From positions 20,982 to 84,981 of the forward strand of contig CAZDDV010000001.1 of NCBI GenBank assembly GCA_964504275.1: a stretch of DNA of 64,000 nucleotides, given 5' to 3'. This DNA comes from an uncultured Candidatus Saccharibacteria bacterium (GTDB taxonomy: Bacteria; Patescibacteriota; Saccharimonadia; Saccharimonadales; JAGQNJ01). The notes beneath the pieces were generated by a model that had not been told where the DNA came from, did not search any database, and saw only the letters and a program-made list of their open reading frames with translations. Of this stretch, positions 27,427 to 36,866 are shown piece after piece. Each line of letters begins with the position of its first letter. The stretch's first letter is position 1. Made by a program: the position numbers and the translations under genes.

Positions 27427-29505
27427 ATGGCGGAATCTAATAATCGTGAAAAAGAGCTCGAATCTGCACTTCGCCGAGCAAATACAACGCTTCAGCAGCG
27501 AACCAGACTTGCAAAAAAACTCGACAAAGACATAAAAAGCATTAAGGACAACCGGCTTTTTTTCGTGTATTTAGTCATGAGAAAAAGTATTGAGGCACCC
27601 AAAAAACTTGTTCGGTACACAAAACACATCGGATATTTAACAGCGCGCCGACTTATGCGAACCGACACAACGCGCCGCGTGGCAATCAAAATCGCCAAGA
27701 AAGCGCGACGAATCATGCCCGGTAGTCGCGCCGGCAAAAATACACGGTTGTTTGTTGAAGCACTCGATGCAACACGTCGCAAGCAGTATCAACAATGGGT
27801 CAAAAATCATTATCCTAACAAAGCAGTGATTGCCGCGCAAACAGAAAAATCAAACAATTGGAGCAAACGGCCGCTCATTAGCATTCTGGTACCAACCTAC
27901 AATACAGACATTTCTTTTTTGCGTGACGCGATTGACTCGGTTCAAAATCAAAGCTATCAAAATTGGGAACTGTGTATTGCTGACGATGCATCAACAGACC
28001 AAGAAGTTCGCGCAGTTATTCAAGACTACGCAAAAAAAGACGAACGCATAAAATACGTATTTCGCAAAAAGAATGGGCATATCTCTGAAGCATCGAATAG
28101 CGCGCTCGAGCTTGCTACTGGCGAATTCACCGGGCTGCTTGACCACGACGATGTACTATGGCCGAATGCATTATACGAAGTTGTAAAAGCCATACATACC
28201 GATGACGAAATTGACGTGCTGTATTCTGACGAAGAAAAAATTTCCGAAAATGGCAAGATCCACGAAGATCCATATTTTAAACCCGACTGGAGCCCCGACC
28301 AACTACGCTGCCATAATTACATGACACACTTTACTGTTATGCGAACTAAACTGGCTCGCAAAGTTGAGGGTTTTCACAAAGGATACGAGGGCGCACAAGA
28401 CTGGGATTTAATTTTGCGCACAACACGCGAGGCGCGAAAAGTTTTCCATATCCCAACAATTTTGTACAGTTGGCGCAAAGCACGAAATTCAACAGCGCTT
28501 CGGGCCGACGCCAAAGGCTATGCCTGGACGGTCCAAGAACATTTGCTCGCAGACGATCTAAACGCACGCGGTTTTGAGGGCAAGGTTATGAAAACCTCGA
28601 TGCTCGGTTTTTGGAAGATAAACTATAGATTAGACATGTCGCTCGTCTCGATAATTATTCCGACTAAAGACCAGTATGATCTGATAAAAAAATGCCTAGA
28701 ATCGATTGCCAAGTATACAACGTACCCAAACTACGAAATTATAATTGTTGATACCGGTTCGACCGATAAGCGTGTGTGGAGTTTGTACGAGTCTTACGCA
28801 AACAAAAATCTGCGAGTAGAAACATGGGAAAAGCCATTTAACTTTTCGAGTGTTTGTAACTACGGCGCCAAAAAATCAAACGGCAAGTATTTACTATTTT
28901 TGAATAATGATACCGAAGTAAAATCAGTCGATTGGGTCGAAGGATTAATGGGTTTGGCTCAACAAAAACATGTTGGCGCGGTTGGATGTAAACTGCTGTA
29001 TCCTGATGAGCGCATTCAACATGCAGGAATTATTTTGGGCGACGGTGGATTTCCGGACACGCCGGCGATAGCCGGGCATATTTTTGGCGGCTGGGACAAT
29101 GGCTTGCAAGACCAATACAAAATTATGTTTACCGAAGCCGTGCGCAATAGCTCGGCCGTTACTGCAGCCTGTATTATGATTTCGCGGCAGAAATTTGACG
29201 AAGTAAACGGTTTTGACGAATCATTTAAGATTGCGTTTAACGATGTAGATTTTTGCCTAAAACTGAGAGCCAAAAATTATGCGAATGTTTATAACGCCAA
29301 CGTTCGTATGTATCATCACGAGTCAGTTTCGGTTGGCCGAGCTGAGCGGGGTAGTCGCGACCTTGAACTATTCAAGCAAGAACATCGCCGCATGGCCAAA
29401 AAGTGGGGAAGTGAAACATTCGAAAACGATCCGTACTTTAACAAAAACTATACAATCGTGAACGGGCATGTAGAAATAAACCCGGACGCAGGCATAAACG
29501 ATTAG
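27427..29505 (+). CDS. Double-domain GT2 glycosyltransferase with an N-terminal coiled coil
   Basis: Domain 1 ILVPTYNT, CIADDAS, LLDHDD, GAQDWD; domain 2 IIIPTKD, FNFS..CN, LNNDTE, SAVTAAC, AFNDVDFCL. Confidence 0.9.
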   Translation: MAESNNREKELESALRRANTTLQQRTRLAKKLDKDIKSIKDNRLFFVYLVMRKSIEAPKKLVRYTKHIGYLTARRLMRTDTTRRVAIKIAKKARRIMPGSRAGKNTRLFVEALDATRRKQYQQWVKNHYPNKAVIAAQTEKSNNWSKRPLISILVPTYNTDISFLRDAIDSVQNQSYQNWELCIADDASTDQEVRAVIQDYAKKDERIKYVFRKKNGHISEASNSALELATGEFTGLLDHDDVLWPNALYEVVKAIHTDDEIDVLYSDEEKISENGKIHEDPYFKPDWSPDQLRCHNYMTHFTVMRTKLARKVEGFHKGYEGAQDWDLILRTTREARKVFHIPTILYSWRKARNSTALRADAKGYAWTVQEHLLADDLNARGFEGKVMKTSMLGFWKINYRLDMSLVSIIIPTKDQYDLIKKCLESIAKYTTYPNYEIIIVDTGSTDKRVWSLYESYANKNLRVETWEKPFNFSSVCNYGAKKSNGKYLLFLNNDTEVKSVDWVEGLMGLAQQKHVGAVGCKLLYPDERIQHAGIILGDGGFPDTPAIAGHIFGGWDNGLQDQYKIMFTEAVRNSSAVTAACIMISRQKFDEVNGFDESFKIAFNDVDFCLKLRAKNYANVYNANVRMYHHESVSVGRAERGSRDLELFKQEHRRMAKKWGSETFENDPYFNKNYTIVNGHVEINPDAGIND

Positions 29506-29572
29506 CAACCGGATCCTTTTGCTCCAACATTAAAATACGCGAAGACAATCAACATGCACAACAAATGCGAAG

Positions 29573-31234
29573 TTATTTTATTTTGTCGAATAATTTTTTG
29601 CTAATAAAGAGCGAGCTACTAACTCCCCAACTGCGCGCTTTTGATTTACTGGTGGTACTCTCTAGATTGCCCGGAGATTTAATTCGGTAGTATTTGCTTC
29701 CGTAGCGGAAGGTTCGGCCAATTTCTCTGCTTGCAACCGGAAGTATGCTTAGGACATTTGGCGACAGCGTTGGTCCGTTTAGTACCCAATAGTTTGTGTT
29801 TCCGGCTTTTATTTTTCGTACTTTGCCGCTATCAATAACATACCACTGTGAGCCGACTTTAAACTTGTAGCTCATGCTTCGCTCGGTCGGAAGGCTGTTC
29901 ATCGTTGTTTCAGAAAAAGACTTGGTAAGTGGCCTGTCGTCTCCACCACGAATGAGATCTCGCGTCGAGCCACTCGAAACACGATACTTCTTGCCATTTT
30001 CTACAAAGTAGACTGCACTGCCGCCGGTTTTTTTAATCATGTAGGAAAGCGATTTATATTTGGTTAGCGTGTCGATCGTTTCACTGTTCAGGGTTGCGGC
30101 GTCACCAGTTTGCAGATTCCAAGCAGCACTAATAGCGTTTGAATGAATATAGTGTGCTTTGCCGCTATCTATAAAATACGGCTTGCCGCTACTGTGGGAT
30201 TTAGCAACTCTAGTGAGACCTTCGGCCACAGTCGGATATCCAGCTAAACTTTCACTTCCTATCACATCAATAGTATTGTCATGGAAGTCCCACGCTTTTA
30301 GCGCATCGTAGGTGAACACAGGAACTTTGCTGCCACGATCGATAAGATATATTCCGCCGTTTGCTGTTGCTCGCACTAGTTGTATTCCGCCACGTGTTGA
30401 GCCGAACCAGTTCTCGAACGACCGCACAAAATTATAACTTCCGGTGTAGTACTGGCCTTTTGTGCCGTATTTCGGCAGACCATACAGACCTTTTGGATTG
30501 TTGTAGGCGTGCGGTGTATAGCAGTAGAACGCGGCGGTTGCTGCGTTTTCCATATAGTGGGTTCGGTATGATGTTCCGTTGCCGTCCTTGAACGTAACGT
30601 TTTGCCTTGGATATAAATTAGGCGAGTAGAAATTCTTTTTGGTTCCACAGGTCCAACTGGAGCTTGGAGTCCACCAACTGTTATTCCGGTTGGCGCGCTC
30701 GTAGTGATAGCGCATTACCCAGGTACCGCTGTCGATTTGGTAGGCAAAATTTGATGATCCACTGCAATCACCCGTGGTCGGACAACCATATCCCATTGCT
30801 TGACTGAGCTGCCAGCTAGTCGGGTTTGTGGTGGTAATTAGGCTTTGTTCTTTTTGTAGCGTCGCTAAAATTACGCGTGGGTTGACGCCGTAGATCCTCG
30901 CAGCATAGTAGATGATCCTCGAGGCTAAATATTCTTCACTACAACTTGCGCCAGCAGCTTCGTAGAGTTCGCGCTCTTTGCTGTCAGACCCGTAACATTC
31001 GATACCATTTGCAGGCCGAAAATTTTTGAGTCCGCTATTTTTGGATTCCAAAAAGGTTTGTATTTGATCGGCAGACATGGTGTTTGCATCGCGAAAAACA
31101 GCATCGTCAATGATTCGACCGCCAGCATACGCAGCTGATGCAGATGGTGCAAAAAGCAGAGAGGCAAACATAAACAGCGCAGCAATAATGCTGCCAGAAA
31201 TGAGCCAGCGACTACGAAGAGTTTGGAGTAGCAT
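29573..31234 (-). CDS. Secreted surface protein: putative lysozyme-like N-terminal domain + C-terminal repeats
   Basis: Signal peptide (ASA); MSADQIQTFL, VNPRVILATLQKEQSLIT, AMGYGCP; ~5 repeats with a YxI(D/E)xGK core. Confidence 0.65.
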   Translation of the reverse strand: MLLQTLRSRWLISGSIIAALFMFASLLFAPSASAAYAGGRIIDDAVFRDANTMSADQIQTFLESKNSGLKNFRPANGIECYGSDSKERELYEAAGASCSEEYLASRIIYYAARIYGVNPRVILATLQKEQSLITTTNPTSWQLSQAMGYGCPTTGDCSGSSNFAYQIDSGTWVMRYHYERANRNNSWWTPSSSWTCGTKKNFYSPNLYPRQNVTFKDGNGTSYRTHYMENAATAAFYCYTPHAYNNPKGLYGLPKYGTKGQYYTGSYNFVRSFENWFGSTRGGIQLVRATANGGIYLIDRGSKVPVFTYDALKAWDFHDNTIDVIGSESLAGYPTVAEGLTRVAKSHSSGKPYFIDSGKAHYIHSNAISAAWNLQTGDAATLNSETIDTLTKYKSLSYMIKKTGGSAVYFVENGKKYRVSSGSTRDLIRGGDDRPLTKSFSETTMNSLPTERSMSYKFKVGSQWYVIDSGKVRKIKAGNTNYWVLNGPTLSPNVLSILPVASREIGRTFRYGSKYYRIKSPGNLESTTSKSKARSWGVSSSLFISKKLFDKIK

Positions 31235-31236
31235 AA

Positions 31237-31809
31237 CTATTTAAACCTCACAGGAATCTCAACAACATCAACTTCTGTGTCGTCGGCGAGTGTTCGGAAG
31301 ACATCGACGCGACCTTCGCTGCCGTTAGAGCTGAAGCTAAATGTGCCAGAGAATTTTCCGCTAACAACTTTGAGTGTGCCGGTGCCAATGACGCCGATTT
31401 TATCGTCGATGAGCCGGTAGCTAATGGTGCCAACTTTTGACGAGCCGCTAATTGTGGCGTCATTGTCGAGTAGCGTATTTTTTGCGGGCTGGTTGACAGT
31501 AATATTGCCAGAACTAGAAGATATGCTCGAGCTTGTATCTGTTTGTGGCTTTGTTTTGTTTGGTTTGTCGGCGTCATCAATAATGCCACCATCGCGCGCG
31601 ACTGATTCGGTAACGGTGCGTGGCGTGCCTTCTTTAAAATCTGAATCTGCCGCAGGGGCGTTAATTTCAGCCGTAGAATTCGCGTTGCGGCGTGTCCAAA
31701 ACCACCAACCACCAAGCACGATAATCGCTATCATAAAAATCGTAAAAAACATGACAAAACGTTTGTTGTTTTTGGTTTTGCGCGGAGCTCGGTAGTTGTA
31801 GGTTTTCAT
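31237..31809 (-). CDS. Single-pass membrane protein with an Ig-like (Gmad2-like) C-terminal domain
   Basis: Basic N-terminus + TM; ITVNQP..N..L...ISG...YRLID...GKFSGTF...VEIPVRF. Confidence 0.65.
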   Translation of the reverse strand: MKTYNYRAPRKTKNNKRFVMFFTIFMIAIIVLGGWWFWTRRNANSTAEINAPAADSDFKEGTPRTVTESVARDGGIIDDADKPNKTKPQTDTSSSISSSSGNITVNQPAKNTLLDNDATISGSSKVGTISYRLIDDKIGVIGTGTLKVVSGKFSGTFSFSSNGSEGRVDVFRTLADDTEVDVVEIPVRFK

Positions 31810-32004
31810 GTAATTTTGATCCTTTAACCTAATTAGCTTTAGGATAATTTGCTGGCTTGCAATGATGCAAAAAGGGAATACAAGTATTATATCCCCCCAG
31901 AACTACCTTAGCATAAGCTTTTCTTGCCCGCAACCTCTGTAACTGCTCGCTTGCACGCCGACTAGTCAGTGATGTTGCTACCTGGTACACTTGCCGGTAG
32001 TGTT

Positions 32005-33102
32005 ATGAATGATCGACCTCGGAAAATAAAAGTGTGTTACGTGCTTTCGTATCACCAGCCGAACTACGTGCGCTCCCTGGCGTTACTTGGGCTTCTGCGC
32101 GCCAATAATCAGTTTGAAGTTCTTGAAGCCAGAAATAAAACAAAAGGTTTGCTTCGGTATGCTCAAACAATACTGCAACTTATTTTGTGCCGAATAAAGT
32201 ATCGCCCAGATGTATATATATTGGGTTTCCGTGGATATGAAATTTTCCTGCCCGTACGCATACTTACCATTGGCAAGCCACTTATATACGACGAGTTTAT
32301 CAACTTGTACGACTGGTTTGTGTTGGAGCACAAAAAAATAAAATCAGATTCGTTCACTGCGCGTCTTATTATGTGGTACAGTCGGCTGACGCTGAAGTTG
32401 TCGGATAGTGTTGTGACCGACACAAGTTTAAATGCAGAATTTTCTAGTCGTGTGCACGGGCTCGAACGGACAAAATTCACGCACATATATGTTGGCACCG
32501 ACGAAGCAACATTTACGCCCGGCAATAAAAAAACACCAACAAAAAATCTAGAGGTTTTGTTTTATGGAAACATGTTGCCGCTGCACGGTGTTGAGCATAT
32601 GCTTGATGCAATGCGACAGTTACAAGATAAGCCAGTTCATTTTACAATTATTGGTGGCAAAAAAACAAAATACGAAACAGTTATACATCAGTTTTTGAAC
32701 GAGCATAATCTTTCAAATGTAACCTATAAAAATTGGGTTCCGTATCATGATTTGCCAACATACATTGGTGCCGCTGATTTGTGTTTGGGCGGACCATTTG
32801 GCGGAACATCACAGGCGAGCAAGGTTATAACGGGCAAGACATTCCAGTTTTTGGCGATGGCAAAACCGGTGCTGATTGGTCATATTGATGAGGAAGTTGG
32901 TTTTGTAGACGGCAAGAATTGTTTAAAAATTTCTCAGGCTAGCGAAAAACAATTACGTGAAAAAATTGTCTGGGCCATACAACACCGCGGTGAGCTTGAG
33001 CAGATTGGTCTTGGCGGTAAAAGGTTGTATGATGAAAAGTTTTCGAAACAGGCACAACACCAAAAACTCACAGATATTATTGCGAAAGTAACGAGAGTTT
33101 AA
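32005..33102 (+). CDS. GT4 glycosyltransferase
   Basis: LFYGNMLPLHGVE, WVPYHDL..YI..ADLCLGG, VITGKTFQFLAM.KPV. Confidence 0.85.
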   Translation: MNDRPRKIKVCYVLSYHQPNYVRSLALLGLLRANNQFEVLEARNKTKGLLRYAQTILQLILCRIKYRPDVYILGFRGYEIFLPVRILTIGKPLIYDEFINLYDWFVLEHKKIKSDSFTARLIMWYSRLTLKLSDSVVTDTSLNAEFSSRVHGLERTKFTHIYVGTDEATFTPGNKKTPTKNLEVLFYGNMLPLHGVEHMLDAMRQLQDKPVHFTIIGGKKTKYETVIHQFLNEHNLSNVTYKNWVPYHDLPTYIGAADLCLGGPFGGTSQASKVITGKTFQFLAMAKPVLIGHIDEEVGFVDGKNCLKISQASEKQLREKIVWAIQHRGELEQIGLGGKRLYDEKFSKQAQHQKLTDIIAKVTRV

Positions 33103-34160
33103 GCTACGATATTTTCGTAAATGCTTTGGTAGTCTGCTGTCATTTTTTGAAAATGTTTGTCTGTAGTCTCGGCGCGAATAGTTTGGTTTTTTAACGCGGT
33201 GGACATTATTTCTGCAAAAGCAATCCAATTTTTGCTGACATCGGCAGTGAAGATATTCGCCTCGGACAAATCGATCTGCTCGCTAATAGCAACAGTCGTA
33301 CCAAGTTGCAGGCTTTCAGTAATCACTAGCGGTGGCTGAAATTTACTGTCCATTTTTTTGCTCGGAAATATCACGAGGTCGGCAGCCTCAAGTAGTGGAA
33401 TTATTTCGCTGGTCTGACCAACGGAAAAAACGCGGCCAGGGAATTTTTCTGCAAGGATTTTTCCGGTTCCACGCGAATCAAATCGGCAGGCAAGCAGCAC
33501 AATACTGTTCGGTGTTTTTTGCAGAAAAAGTTTGAGTGCTTCGGCAAAGCTTACGTCGACACCAAGTCTATCGAACTCGCCCGGGAACACGACAATATGC
33601 TTTGCGCCCAAAAACTGCGCCCGCGTTTTTGTTCGCCGCGCTGCATCATATGCAATTCGTTTTTTCGGCGGCCAGGGGCAAATCAAAGAAACATGATCAT
33701 GGAGTTTGGAGACTTGCTGAAACGTTTTTTCTGACTGACAAACAATATGATCGCCCCACAGTAATTTTTTGAGTTCTTTCTGCGAAATATCAACTTTCGG
33801 CAATCCAGTAATTGTCTGCACGAATTTTGTGCCTTGTCTGCGGGCACGTTTTGTCGCTAACTTTATGAGTAATACATTTTGTTTGGTCGGAATATGTGCG
33901 GTCTGAACAACGTCAAACAAATGTGCCGTTTTAAAAATACCCCGCAAGAATTCGTTGCGCTGTTTGGTGTTCCAGCCGATATCACTAAAGATTTTTTTGG
34001 TTTGCAGGTTACTGTCGGTTATTGTTGCAGAAAAAAAGTAGGGCTCGATAATTGTACTGTTCGCAAACGACGTCGCGATGTCTTTTAGTAATACAAAACC
34101 GCCTTCATGCGGTGGCGATTCAATCGCGCGAGTTGCAAACAATACATTGATCGGCTTCAT
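33099..34160 (-). CDS. GT4-like glycosyltransferase
   Basis: LLEAADLVIFPS...PPLVITESLQLGT; start MKPINV (ATG 34160). Confidence 0.75.
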   Translation of the reverse strand: MKPINVLFATRAIESPPHEGGFVLLKDIATSFANSTIIEPYFFSATITDSNLQTKKIFSDIGWNTKQRNEFLRGIFKTAHLFDVVQTAHIPTKQNVLLIKLATKRARRQGTKFVQTITGLPKVDISQKELKKLLWGDHIVCQSEKTFQQVSKLHDHVSLICPWPPKKRIAYDAARRTKTRAQFLGAKHIVVFPGEFDRLGVDVSFAEALKLFLQKTPNSIVLLACRFDSRGTGKILAEKFPGRVFSVGQTSEIIPLLEAADLVIFPSKKMDSKFQPPLVITESLQLGTTVAISEQIDLSEANIFTADVSKNWIAFAEIMSTALKNQTIRAETTDKHFQKMTADYQSIYENIVA

Positions 34161-34161
34161 A

Positions 34162-35385
34162 CTACTTTTTCGGCGATACTTTTTTGAAGTAACCGCGAAC
34201 CATGCGTTTGGATTTGGCGCCATAATGTTTCAGCAACATTTTGTATCGCTTTAAATGATTGCGAAGTGGCGTGCGGCGTTTTTTGATAAATTTTGCGCCA
34301 GCAGCGACGCCGATTTTAATGTGATCTTCGTGAAAATATACCGATAGATCATCTGGTTGCGTAAAAACGTATTTGTTTTTTTTCAAAAAGCCGGCTAATA
34401 ATCGAACGGCTTCACCATTGCTGAATGATTGTTCATTCAAATCTATGTCGACCGAACTCGCTAGTTTGATTAAACGAGCTTTGTAGTCCTCGCCAGTTTT
34501 TGGTTTTTGAATTACTGCGTGGTAGAGCAGGCTGTAAAAAAAGTCTTCTGGCGCCGCAACGTAAAATCCCTTTTTGTTCAAAACGCGGCGTTTAAGAATA
34601 TCGATTTCCCACAACGGATCGTAGTAGTTATCGCCAACATTTCTAAAATCAAAAAATACTTTTTCGTTTTTGATTATTACTTCGTTGTATACTCGGTGAT
34701 TTTGAGCAAATACGGCTTTGGCATTTGTTGTGAGCGCCGCATCTTTGTAATCAGCAACCAACATATCAATATCGCCGTGGTCTTTGGCGTAGTATTTGTC
34801 AGGTATTGCGTCAAAATTCCGAAGCACAACATAATCAATGGTGTTGTTGAGCACGTACAGCACTTGCTCTAAACTTTGCCAGTCATCTGCGCCTACGACA
34901 TCTTGTTTGTAGATTTCGATATCACGACTTGGCTTCCCAAATGTCTTTACAAGGTCTTCAGTATTTTTGCCAAAAAGTAATGTTAAGTCGTGGTCAGTTT
35001 CGGTCGGGGAGTTAGTGCCGTGAATTAAATGCCCACCACCAGTCCATTCGCGGTGCGTGGTTTTGGCCAAAAATAAATTACTGTTGACCTCTTTGTCGCC
35101 CTTTGATGTTGTGTGAGTTTTGTAAGTTGGATTTTGGTCCTCAACAATAACAGCCAAAAATGGGTTTGTACCAATGTGAGCTTCTTTTTTGGCGTTTGGC
35201 GGCAGCTGCGTCCCATAAAAACGTGAAAGGTTTTGGGTGAAGTTTTTCTTGTTCCAGTGGATTTCGTAAACTTTTAAGATGTTAAATCGCACAGATATAT
35301 CGTCGAGGATTTTTTGTTCGATAACGCGCGCGTTCTCCCAGATAATAAACAAGTGGATTTCTGGAGTGTTAGTATTTTTTAGCAT
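34162..35385 (-). CDS. Hypothetical glycan-locus protein: NDK-like N-terminal half + nucleotidyltransferase-like C-terminal half
   Basis: IHGTNSPTETDHDLTLLFG resembles the NDK HGSDS..SA..EI.LFF motif; YVVLRNFD...HGDIDMLV. Confidence 0.55.
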   Translation of the reverse strand: MLKNTNTPEIHLFIIWENARVIEQKILDDISVRFNILKVYEIHWNKKNFTQNLSRFYGTQLPPNAKKEAHIGTNPFLAVIVEDQNPTYKTHTTSKGDKEVNSNLFLAKTTHREWTGGGHLIHGTNSPTETDHDLTLLFGKNTEDLVKTFGKPSRDIEIYKQDVVGADDWQSLEQVLYVLNNTIDYVVLRNFDAIPDKYYAKDHGDIDMLVADYKDAALTTNAKAVFAQNHRVYNEVIIKNEKVFFDFRNVGDNYYDPLWEIDILKRRVLNKKGFYVAAPEDFFYSLLYHAVIQKPKTGEDYKARLIKLASSVDIDLNEQSFSNGEAVRLLAGFLKKNKYVFTQPDDLSVYFHEDHIKIGVAAGAKFIKKRRTPLRNHLKRYKMLLKHYGAKSKRMVRGYFKKVSPKK

Positions 35386-35388
35386 TAC

Positions 35389-36756
35389 TTAATTGTACTG
35401 TTTTGGTTTACGGCCGACAACCTTAAGCATCCACGAACGCAAGATACCAAACGGAAGCGACCACACGCCCAAGTATCGTCGCACTAAAATCAGCATAATG
35501 ATGTTAGATAACCCGACTGTAACCGCGGTTGCAATTGCAGCGCCTACAACTCCAAAATGTGGAATGATTGTTACTCCGAGCACAATATTAATACCAAGCG
35601 ATCCACAAACCGTTGCGGCCAGTGCTTTCTCGCGGCCGGTCATCGCTAGAATAAAAAGTGTCGGCCCGACAATGATATTAACGAATTGCCCAACAGCCAA
35701 GATTCGGAGTGCAGTAACGCCACCTATAAATTCTGCGCCAAACAGGCCAAGGATAAATTCCGGGAAAACCATCATGATTAAAAATAATGGCAAGCCGAGC
35801 AAAAATCCAAGCGCGCTGGTTTTGCCAAATATTTTTTCTAACTTACTTTTTTGATTACTGGCGTACAGTTCAGAAATTGTCGTGCCGGCAATCGTGTTGA
35901 TTGCAGTGAGTATTAGTGTGAGCACCAACGAAACTTTCAGCGCTGCATTGTAAACACCAACATCCGTCGTGCTGGCGAGCGCGCCCAAAACTAGAACGCT
36001 GGCTTGTCCAATCATTTGCGTCCCGAAAGCCACAAACAGCAGCGGAACGCCACTGGAAAGCAGCATTTTTTTGCTGTATGTTTGGTTGGTTTTTGCAGCC
36101 GGTAAGTATTTGTGTACAAAAAACATGCCCACGACGACCGAAATCGCGCAGCTGAGTACAAAGCCGACGGCCATGCCCTTGATTCCGTACAGTGCACCCA
36201 GGCTAAAAATTGCCACGATGCCAAGCGCATAGATTATAACGCGTTCAACAATTAAAGATTCGCGGGTGCGTTTTAGTGCTCGCAGGAAACCACCGTAAAT
36301 AAATCTAAGCGAATAAAACGGCAAACCAAACGAGAAAATCTGAATGTATATTGTAAGCCCAGGATCATTGAATACGCGCGCCGCGAGCCATGGAGCCGCC
36401 AAAAATAGTCCAAAGGTCAAAATGGCTGTTAGCGTAATGACAATCCCAAGAGTTGTGCGTTTAATTGCCGACGCACTGTCGTAATCTTTTTTGAGCAGCA
36501 AAGGCGGCATCAGTCGGACAACCGTTCGATCAAGCCCGATGTGCCCAAGGAGCGAAAGCGTCAGAATAACTGAGAAGCATAAGTAAAAAATCCCGGTACC
36601 GCTGGCGCCGAATTGTCGTGCCATCAAAAGGTCAAACACAAACTGAATGCCAGTTGCCAGTCCAAGAATAAGCAAGCCCCAGATAGAATGCCGAATAATC
36701 TCGACAAAATCTTTATCGCCAGTTTTAAATAACAAGCTTAGCCTCGTTGCTTTCAT
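35389..36756 (-). CDS. wzx: Wzx-type polysaccharide flippase
   Basis: ~12-14 hydrophobic segments; ARQFGASGTG, VGVYNAA, IPHFGVVGAAIAT. Confidence 0.88.
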   Translation of the reverse strand: MKATRLSLLFKTGDKDFVEIIRHSIWGLLILGLATGIQFVFDLLMARQFGASGTGIFYLCFSVILTLSLLGHIGLDRTVVRLMPPLLLKKDYDSASAIKRTTLGIVITLTAILTFGLFLAAPWLAARVFNDPGLTIYIQIFSFGLPFYSLRFIYGGFLRALKRTRESLIVERVIIYALGIVAIFSLGALYGIKGMAVGFVLSCAISVVVGMFFVHKYLPAAKTNQTYSKKMLLSSGVPLLFVAFGTQMIGQASVLVLGALASTTDVGVYNAALKVSLVLTLILTAINTIAGTTISELYASNQKSKLEKIFGKTSALGFLLGLPLFLIMMVFPEFILGLFGAEFIGGVTALRILAVGQFVNIIVGPTLFILAMTGREKALAATVCGSLGINIVLGVTIIPHFGVVGAAIATAVTVGLSNIIMLILVRRYLGVWSLPFGILRSWMLKVVGRKPKQYN

Positions 36757-36866
36757 TACTTATGCAGTATAGCAAAAGTAATGGCCGAGAGCTGTAGCTG
36801 TGCCAGGATTAGCCGTAAGTACGATATAATATGAGCAGTAAAACAGACTGGTAATGAAAAGGGAAT

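Noticed and set aside
31810-31970. Possible riboswitch in the leader of the 31809 gene
   Set aside because: Small hairpins are present (GGGAATACAA/TATATCCC), but I could not match any known riboswitch consensus; an Rfam scan would be needed.
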